From: a virus | Length of the DNA: 64,000 nucleotides | Strand: one strand, 5' to 3' | Virus record (IMG/VR): IMGVR_UViG_3300035670_010029 | In this document: positions 56,963 to 64,000 of the stretch, piece by piece | Layout of the letters: each line of letters begins with the position of its first letter | How positions within the stretch are numbered: the first letter of the stretch is position 1 | The notes under the pieces: generated by a model | Told to the model about the DNA's origin: nothing | What the model saw: only the letters and a program-made list of their open reading frames with translations | Databases searched by the model: none | Translations under genes and position numbers: made by a program

Positions 56963-59900
56963 TTATGTCCTAGTAGACTGTAGTACCCATGATCCGTTTA
57001 AATATACAAATAATCCTACGCTATTAATATTAGCATTCAAATTTAATGGATTACTAAAATTAGTTTGATAATTATCTGGAGTAGCATCAGCTGGCGTTAT
57101 GGTAGACCTATTATAAGCCTTATATATTGTGGCTAGTGTTGGACCAATAATGGTACCAGAAGTAATAAATGGTTGATTATATATAGGCTCATAAAAACCA
57201 TTGTCACTATTATATTTGCAATATACAGCTCCGCCTCTTGGCGCAGAAAATAGTCTGGACCCATCTTTAACAAACACAAGCTTACGCAAATTATTTGGAA
57301 GAGGATCGTTGCCCAAATATCCTTCTAAAATAGTACCTCTAACTGGGTCGGTGTCTACAAGATCGTTTTCCAAAACAACCCATACAGGCTTATAATTATT
57401 TCCTACAGTCCATACTCCAGCGTCATCGTCCCACCTTAAATCTACCGGTCCTACAGGCCATGTAGACGGTAATTGAGCCCACCCCTTATAAAAAGAATTT
57501 TCTTTATACGGCTTAGAATATGTTCCATCAGCTTGTAAGATTTGATTTTTATATACCGGATTATTACTTGAATCTCTAACAATATTTCCATTTTGAATTT
57601 TAAATTCTCCGGAAGAATTAGGTACGGGATATCCTTCAGTGTCATAGCCCCACCCATGAACCATTAATGGTCCTCTTAAGCCAAAAAATCTTACATTATT
57701 ATCAGCATAATTACTATCTATAGCAGAGGACAAAGCAGCCCTAAGACCTCCTTCTGCTTGATCCATAGTGTGTCCAAAAGCTACCGTATCTATCGAATGA
57801 CCACAAGCATCATTTTGTTGTTTGTTAGTATTGCAATTAAACTCACTGCTACTAGCTGACATTATCATAGGATTTAAAGTATATCTATTAATAATAGCAT
57901 TATTACCAGCAAAAGTATTTTGGCTACTATTAATAATAGTCAAATCATCTCCACTAGCAACAATAAATGGAGGTATCATTTCAGCTGGTCTTATACTATT
58001 CTTGTACGATTGTTCTTTCTGCGCATCTGGTACACAAAACCTACAATCGATAGTATATAAAGTCCTAGCAGTACGCAAACCATCAAAAGATAAAGCAGCA
58101 GAAGTCTTGGTCAATATTGATGTGTCTAGATAATTATATTTTAACTGTCCGGTACCATTACAATGAGGACATTTGGTACGACGATATGGAGAGATAGAAT
58201 ATGTGGAACCATATGGAGTTGGATAAAAAGATATTGGGGATAAAATACCATCCATGCTCATAATACTGGTATTGGAATAAGACATTTCTTTAAATACTGA
58301 CGGCAACTCTCCTGGGTCGTAAATCGATACTTGTGTTTGTTGTCTTACCAGATTCTTAGGACTAGAAGCAATGGTATTGGGTATTGATGGTCTTAGGTGC
58401 CAAGTAGGACTAAAATCTAGCTCATCAGCCGCATCGTTAATAGAACTATTTTGATGAACAAAAGGGTATGCGTTACCTACAAGCACATTGACGGGACTCC
58501 AGTTCATGGCTTTGGGCCTACTATCAGAAAAATCACTAGTGATGGCATCGCGAGAAGTACTCAAAGAAAGTGTTCGAATATTATCAGCAATTTCTTTTCG
58601 TCTTCTAAGACTCTCTCTGCCTATTTTAGCTATATTCTCTGCTGCTTCTTTATTATAAAAACCTAATTTACGACTATAGGTTCTTAAACCAAAAGTGGTT
58701 TTTACCCCGTCTTCTGCTATCGATGATACTATACTATTTATAACAGGACCCATATTTGCATCTAATAAACGATAACCTACACCTGCTGAGCCATATTGTA
58801 TACCAGCAACTGTTAAGCTGCCATTTTCTAGTACTTGTTGATAATTATTGTCCTCGGCTATTTTGCTTAAAACAGCAAAATCCAAATTCTCTATGCCTCC
58901 ATAATTCCATGGCGTAAGTTCAGAATCAATTTGTATCTTCACCCCGCCAACAATATTATTTGTATAGGTGGTAGAATCTGTTGGGTTGTCAGGAAAAATT
59001 ATATTACGAATTAAATTGGGATGAGAAGACCACGGACCATACGTATAATTATTTAATCTAACAGGTATACAAGCAAAACAGGGCATAGCGGCCCGAGGAT
59101 TAATTTCCATATTAGCGGATGAAGTATTGGCCCCATTAAAAGCTGTTCCGTCAACTAAAGCCCTGCTACTTTGAGCCCACATCAACATAGCATGATTATG
59201 GGCAATATTTATATTGGCAAAAGCACCTCTTATGGAAGGAAGAGATAAATTTGAGGCTGAACCTGGGGTATCCACGCCGAACGCATCAAACATAATCAAG
59301 TCTTCCATCATTGTACTAACCAAAGACCGTGGAGATCTTATCCAAACAGGACTACTAGAAGATACAACACAATAAGTCGCATCATTAGTAAACAACAATT
59401 TTTTGTTAAATTTGTTTTCTGAAGCAGCGTCTACTGTGGAGCCCTTTGTATATATTTTATACTTATCTCCATCTGCTGGACTTTGCCCATGAGCTGCTGG
59501 ATAAGCAGAAGGAAATGTGCTCGTAATAGATATTGTGGGTCTACTTACTAATGGTCCTGTTGGTAATGTTGGTATGGATGAAGTTTTATATGGTAATACA
59601 TATATTTCATCAGCACTCATTGTAGGAACCAAAGGAAAATACCAACTGCTACTTCCTGGACGGATAGCTCTAGCCAAACTTAGAATATTGTCTATCAGAC
59701 TATTATTACTAAGTTTATTAGCTATATTGTCCATTGTGGGAGAGTAATACTCTGCTATATTATTGTAGCCAATGATAACTCCAAATTTACCATCTTCTCC
59801 AGCTAAACTATTCGCTACATTTGACCCTATAATTATGGTATCATCAAGAAAATTACCTTCTTCTTCCCATCCGCTATCTATAATTTCATACTGATATTGT

Positions 59901-62164
59901 CTATTGCCAGCTTCATCTAAATAAAAACTAACTGCTGGCAGTCTAACCAAATATTCTTTACCATAGTGTCGTGAGCCTAAGTCCTGAAAAAAAGAATGCA
60001 GTTTTTGTAATACTTGTAATATAGCTTCGCTATACGCTATAGATGAAGTAGGAGAAACAGTGTCTCCGACAGGAGGAACAACAGGCATAGCAGTTGGCTT
60101 TCCTCCATCTTTAACAACTCCTAGTCCGTCGATAAAAACCTTATTCGCAATTGTAGTACCATATGTATTGCGAATATAAGAGTATATAATTTGTCCAGTA
60201 CTAAGTTTAAAACCTAGTTTAGTCATCTGAAAAATATATGTAAGCCAATTATCAAAGCCGCTCATTGCTGCTCTAATTTCATTTTCCCAAACTATAAAAC
60301 TACCAGACAAAGAGTATGTGGGAAAAAAAGAAGAGATATCTGCCATACTTATGGAAATTTGTAGCTGTGATGTTCCCTTGTCGAAAAATACTTTTCTAAC
60401 ATTGCCATATGCGTCTCTACCAAAATACGGACTAATCAAATCAGCATATAAAGGATAACTACCAGAAGAGCCTCCAGAGCCATCATTAGTACCAAAAGAA
60501 CCCAAAGACGGAGTACTAGTTTCGTACGCTCCTGTTGTAACATTCATTGCGCTATGAGCTAAAGAAACAGAACCAAAATATGTAGATGACGGTGTCTCTT
60601 GAGCTACCGCGGCACCATCTATAAACGCATAATCATACCATCTCTGTCGATGAGCTAAGGGTTGTCGAACAGTATTACGACTGTTGCCAGAATTTAAATT
60701 ATTAACACTGAGATCAGTATTATAATCTATAGAACTTCTAGAGTCTGGTTCAAATCTGTGATAACTACGAAATCTACTAAGAGTATTTGAACTAACTTGA
60801 TATAGTCTTTCTTGTGGTCCTCCGACAATAACGGATCGAACATTTTCATCAGAAAACTCTTGCCCAACCGATGCATTAAGTACAGCATCGTTGCCAGATA
60901 ATGTGTTAAAAAAATTGCGTAAAATATTAGGAGGCGGTTGAATTCTTCTAGAAATGACACGAATTTTGATAATGCCAGAAAAATTGGCACTACTAGAAGG
61001 CAACAAGTCTACAATAAAATCACATCCAGCTCCTTGACAACAAAAATCTATAAAGTCTATAATGCTCATTTCTGTTTGTGATAACATTACTCCCGGCGGA
61101 GGAGCAGGCACTTCAGAAATATCTAAAGCAAATAAAGATCTATTGATACCATCTACCGCCGATGGGGCTTTGAGTAGTCCAAGCTGAGAAAGAGGAATTG
61201 TTTTAAATAGTTCACTATCAGGATTGATCATCAGAGCAGGATCGTTGCCTATTTTTTTGACAACACTTTTACCAACAATAGCTCCATACGGAGAAAAAGA
61301 ATTTTGTATTCTAGTAGTAGTGTTTCCTAACAATGTTATAAGAGTGGAATAAACTAAATTTGCTGGTATGCCTCTTTCGCTAACCTGAGACTTTCCGAAA
61401 CCTGTAGATTCTAAATATCCATAAATGTTAAATATATTAGGAATATTACCATCAGCTATACTTCCATTAAAGTTACTTATACTAGTATTTCCATAAGGAA
61501 CAGCTATTGTTCCTCCAGTAGTATTAAGTTTAGTACTAATAGATCCACCATATTTTTGTAGAATAAGTTGACATCCTTTTAATAAGCTACTACAACTAGA
61601 CAGTTCTATATCATATAGCCCATTGTTACTATAAGTCCACTTTTTAATATATCCACCAAACTGTATGTTATGAAACTTAAAATAAGTAGGACAACCTATA
61701 ATCAAATATTGCCATCCAACAAAACCAGGATCTTCAAGAGTAAGCTTTTTACGAGCGCTACTACCTCCATTAGCCAATAACGATGTTGCCCAATGTATTT
61801 TTCCGTCGTCCTTGATATCGGCATCTAAAGCACCTACGTCTTGTAGATCTCTATAATTCTCTTTATCTATTAGATTTTGAGCAATATTTTTTAGTACAGA
61901 CTTAGAGTCTGTATTGCTTAGAGATTGACTATCAAACAATGTCGAAGTTTGTGCTGTGCTTAACATATTGTTAAGTTCTGTGTCTAGTGCTGTATATGAA
62001 CCATCTTGAGGATGCTTAGATCGATCTTCTACTAGTTTAATGGTGCAAGTACTGGCGTCTGCACCCCAGCCTAAATTGATATTAAAATCACTAATACTAC
62101 ATCCTAAAAAAAGTGTTTGATTAAATGGTCCTACTTTTTTAAAGTCAAAATTACAAACTGGCAT
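56963..62164 (-). CDS. Large (1733 aa) putative tail/baseplate hub protein
   Basis: N-terminal FLGCSISDF...LGWG...CTIKLVED tail-hub-like strands; LRGPLMVHGWGYD and WPVGPVDLRWD motifs; CPHCNGTG...CRFC insert. Confidence 0.7.
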   Translation of the reverse strand: MPVCNFDFKKVGPFNQTLFLGCSISDFNINLGWGADASTCTIKLVEDRSKHPQDGSYTALDTELNNMLSTAQTSTLFDSQSLSNTDSKSVLKNIAQNLIDKENYRDLQDVGALDADIKDDGKIHWATSLLANGGSSARKKLTLEDPGFVGWQYLIIGCPTYFKFHNIQFGGYIKKWTYSNNGLYDIELSSCSSLLKGCQLILQKYGGSISTKLNTTGGTIAVPYGNTSISNFNGSIADGNIPNIFNIYGYLESTGFGKSQVSERGIPANLVYSTLITLLGNTTTRIQNSFSPYGAIVGKSVVKKIGNDPALMINPDSELFKTIPLSQLGLLKAPSAVDGINRSLFALDISEVPAPPPGVMLSQTEMSIIDFIDFCCQGAGCDFIVDLLPSSSANFSGIIKIRVISRRIQPPPNILRNFFNTLSGNDAVLNASVGQEFSDENVRSVIVGGPQERLYQVSSNTLSRFRSYHRFEPDSRSSIDYNTDLSVNNLNSGNSRNTVRQPLAHRQRWYDYAFIDGAAVAQETPSSTYFGSVSLAHSAMNVTTGAYETSTPSLGSFGTNDGSGGSSGSYPLYADLISPYFGRDAYGNVRKVFFDKGTSQLQISISMADISSFFPTYSLSGSFIVWENEIRAAMSGFDNWLTYIFQMTKLGFKLSTGQIIYSYIRNTYGTTIANKVFIDGLGVVKDGGKPTAMPVVPPVGDTVSPTSSIAYSEAILQVLQKLHSFFQDLGSRHYGKEYLVRLPAVSFYLDEAGNRQYQYEIIDSGWEEEGNFLDDTIIIGSNVANSLAGEDGKFGVIIGYNNIAEYYSPTMDNIANKLSNNSLIDNILSLARAIRPGSSSWYFPLVPTMSADEIYVLPYKTSSIPTLPTGPLVSRPTISITSTFPSAYPAAHGQSPADGDKYKIYTKGSTVDAASENKFNKKLLFTNDATYCVVSSSSPVWIRSPRSLVSTMMEDLIMFDAFGVDTPGSASNLSLPSIRGAFANINIAHNHAMLMWAQSSRALVDGTAFNGANTSSANMEINPRAAMPCFACIPVRLNNYTYGPWSSHPNLIRNIIFPDNPTDSTTYTNNIVGGVKIQIDSELTPWNYGGIENLDFAVLSKIAEDNNYQQVLENGSLTVAGIQYGSAGVGYRLLDANMGPVINSIVSSIAEDGVKTTFGLRTYSRKLGFYNKEAAENIAKIGRESLRRRKEIADNIRTLSLSTSRDAITSDFSDSRPKAMNWSPVNVLVGNAYPFVHQNSSINDAADELDFSPTWHLRPSIPNTIASSPKNLVRQQTQVSIYDPGELPSVFKEMSYSNTSIMSMDGILSPISFYPTPYGSTYSISPYRRTKCPHCNGTGQLKYNYLDTSILTKTSAALSFDGLRTARTLYTIDCRFCVPDAQKEQSYKNSIRPAEMIPPFIVASGDDLTIINSSQNTFAGNNAIINRYTLNPMIMSASSSEFNCNTNKQQNDACGHSIDTVAFGHTMDQAEGGLRAALSSAIDSNYADNNVRFFGLRGPLMVHGWGYDTEGYPVPNSSGEFKIQNGNIVRDSSNNPVYKNQILQADGTYSKPYKENSFYKGWAQLPSTWPVGPVDLRWDDDAGVWTVGNNYKPVWVVLENDLVDTDPVRGTILEGYLGNDPLPNNLRKLVFVKDGSRLFSAPRGGAVYCKYNSDNGFYEPIYNQPFITSGTIIGPTLATIYKAYNRSTITPADATPDNYQTNFSNPLNLNANINSVGLFVYLNGSWVLQSTRT

Positions 62165-62179
62165 AATTTCCTCTGTCTG

Positions 62180-63700
62180 TTAGGTATTACCACAACGACT
62201 ATATTCCCAAGTTACTGTTCTAGATAGTCTGTTTTCTGTTAAATTTAATGTTTCTGTGTCTTCCTTTAAAAAACCTGTTTCTGGAGATTTTGGCATAAGC
62301 CCTGATATATAACTATTTACTTTCCTCCTAATGCTCAATGGAAAGTCGTATTTTTTTAATCCTGTTGGTCTTGGAAAAACTCCTTCGTATGTTACTGTTC
62401 TTACACCAATCCCAGCAGCATTGGTAGTGGATAGTATCACAGGACCTAATCGTCGGCCAATAACAAAAATTTCACTAATAGACTCTACTGGATTGCTTTC
62501 TCTAACATTAATAGTTTCTGATAATGCTTCTGGTATCAAAGATAATGGCCTATTATTATAGGTAAAACTATATGATATGCTACCTTCGGTAGGATTAAAA
62601 CCCTCTGTTACGGAAACAGGTGTGGGATTAATAGTATTAGTAAATGTTGCAGGAAATTCTTTATCTCCATGCCATGAATACGTATATTTTTGCAATATTT
62701 TATCTTGTGTTAGAGCTAAACCATAAAGACTACCAGTAATTAAAGAATAGCCCGATACCGCATTGGCATATTTATACGATTTATTTAATCCTGAAACTTC
62801 TGGACGAATATCCATGATTCCGCTTTTACCGAAACCGGGAGAATATACCCCAGTAGCTAATTGTAAGCCTTGAACCTTACCATTAATTTCTATTTGTCTA
62901 ATATAATTAGCATCTATACTTAATCCTATACTATCTGTTATTATATATGGTTCTCCGCTTTTAGAAATAAAAGTATCTGTAATAGTATAAGTACCATCGG
63001 TTTCACTAGCTGATATATTTCTAGTTTGATTATACAAAGGAAAGTCTTCGTATTTAAAAATACCAGTAATAGGAGCATACGACTCCCTATTTCTAATCCA
63101 TTCTTTTGCTTGATATAAAGCCCCCTTGCTGTCAACAGATTTGCCTGTCGCTCCCAAAGTACGACTAATTCTATATGCTGGAATATATTGATCTCCATAC
63201 CAATAAGACTGATCTTCTATTGCTTCTAGTCTATAAGAATCCTGCACATCTGACACATGATACCCATAATTATAACCATTACCAAAAGTACCAGTTAATG
63301 GTATGCTAATTTCAATACTATAATTAATAGTATATGCCCAATGATTCTCATTTTCTGAAAAAGAAATATTTTTTACGGCACCAGTATCATACACAACAGT
63401 TTGGCTTCCACACCCTATAACCAATCTAGTATTATTATTAGCCATAATGCTGCTTTTTAAGCCGGATGCTTTTTGAAATAGCTCTACAATGCTGGTTGTG
63501 CCCCCAGTAGCTGTTTTTGGGGCATTTTGTTCGGTCATTTTTTGTGTATATACAACACCATCAAGTGTGACCAACATCTCCGAAGACAAATAAGACCCAT
63601 CTGATGCTCTATTGTTCGACATAGTTATAGCAAAATTGGGCACTGGGTATCCTTCTTTGGAATCAAAACTAAAATTGCCATAATTAATATATGTCTTCAT
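62180..63700 (-). CDS. Putative tail/baseplate structural protein
   Basis: Repeated beta-sandwich-like modules (ITMS...VTLDG, ISRTLGATG, IEINGKVQG, ISYSFTY). Confidence 0.65.
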   Translation of the reverse strand: MKTYINYGNFSFDSKEGYPVPNFAITMSNNRASDGSYLSSEMLVTLDGVVYTQKMTEQNAPKTATGGTTSIVELFQKASGLKSSIMANNNTRLVIGCGSQTVVYDTGAVKNISFSENENHWAYTINYSIEISIPLTGTFGNGYNYGYHVSDVQDSYRLEAIEDQSYWYGDQYIPAYRISRTLGATGKSVDSKGALYQAKEWIRNRESYAPITGIFKYEDFPLYNQTRNISASETDGTYTITDTFISKSGEPYIITDSIGLSIDANYIRQIEINGKVQGLQLATGVYSPGFGKSGIMDIRPEVSGLNKSYKYANAVSGYSLITGSLYGLALTQDKILQKYTYSWHGDKEFPATFTNTINPTPVSVTEGFNPTEGSISYSFTYNNRPLSLIPEALSETINVRESNPVESISEIFVIGRRLGPVILSTTNAAGIGVRTVTYEGVFPRPTGLKKYDFPLSIRRKVNSYISGLMPKSPETGFLKEDTETLNLTENRLSRTVTWEYSRCGNT

Positions 63701-63703
63701 GTT

Positions 63704-64000
63704 TTAACTCCGCTTCTGATAGGTCCAAGTTTTTGATCTGCTATATCTACCATTAACAATATCTGTATTAATATCATCTTTAACTAATTTACTAATAAAT
63801 GTACTTTTTACTTTAATTGGATCAAATTGATCTAGAACAGTATTAATATATGTTGTTGTTTGAGATGGTAAAAATCCTGTAGTAGAAGGAAAAGACCCTT
63901 CATAAGAAGCAGTACGAGAAGAAGAAGAGTAAGTACCCATATCTTGATACAAAGGACGACGAGCTATTACTGGTAATTGAGCATACGACCTAACACCATA
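63704..64000 (-). CDS. 3' end of a paralogue of the 62180..63700 protein (truncated by window edge)
   Basis: Frame open to 64000 (YGVRSYAQLPVIARRPLYQDMG...SRTASYEG...YSRSKTWTY) aligns with EIFVIGRRLGPVI...VRTVTYEG...LSRTVTWEY. Confidence 0.75.
   Translation of the reverse strand, partial: YGVRSYAQLPVIARRPLYQDMGTYSSSSRTASYEGSFPSTTGFLPSQTTTYINTVLDQFDPIKVKSTFISKLVKDDINTDIVNGRYSRSKTWTYQKRS

Noticed and set aside
48999-64000. Diversity-generating retroelement target/template
   Set aside because: No reverse transcriptase in the window and no adenine-specific near-duplicate repeat noticed by eye; a self-alignment would be needed to exclude it fully.
1-64000. Alternative genetic code (stop-codon reassignment)
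   Set aside because: Conserved enzymes are full length under the standard bacterial code, and TAA, TAG and TGA all terminate genes at expected positions.
1-64000. tRNA, riboswitch or other ncRNA genes
   Set aside because: Intergenic gaps are about 100 nt or less and are explained by promoters or hairpins; no cloverleaf or cobalamin-riboswitch pattern seen.

Overview
This is an AT-rich, densely coding segment of a large tailed dsDNA bacteriophage genome. I saw no rRNA, tRNA, CRISPR array, integrase or intein. Positions 1-48531 are coded on the + strand and carry, in order: a 5'-truncated phage sigma-70-family factor; a ClpP-like protease coupled to a catalytically dead DeoC homologue; a membrane/holin-like cluster ending in a papain-like (C1) cysteine peptidase; paralogous virion/fibre proteins; a catalytically dead C1 paralogue; a beta-helix repeat protein followed directly by a nine-gene glycosylation cluster; nucleotide-metabolism genes (dCMP deaminase, class II NrdJ, dUTPase) plus PhoH; a recombination/replication module (RecA, DnaB, primase, dNMP kinase, PD-(D/E)XK nuclease, an intein-free SPLIT DnaE with a DEDDh exonuclease gene between its halves, SSB); a second glycosyltransferase cluster grading from intact GT4s into degenerate pseudoenzymes; a Vsr-like endonuclease; and a Rad52-like annealase. 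Positions 48528-64000 are coded on the - strand and carry very large, probably structural/tail proteins, one of them Cys-rich and 2653 aa long. The most unusual signals are: (1) DnaE split at the palm/fingers boundary around a proofreading exonuclease; (2) a candidate virion-glycosylation system, with about 11 GT-like genes and strong (S/T)-G dipeptide enrichment in structural proteins; (3) repeated retention of catalytically dead enzymes; (4) a GG(T/G)GTA intergenic motif that is a candidate promoter for the phage sigma factor, alongside leaderless sigma-70 promoters. All calls come from reading motifs by eye; no database searches were run.
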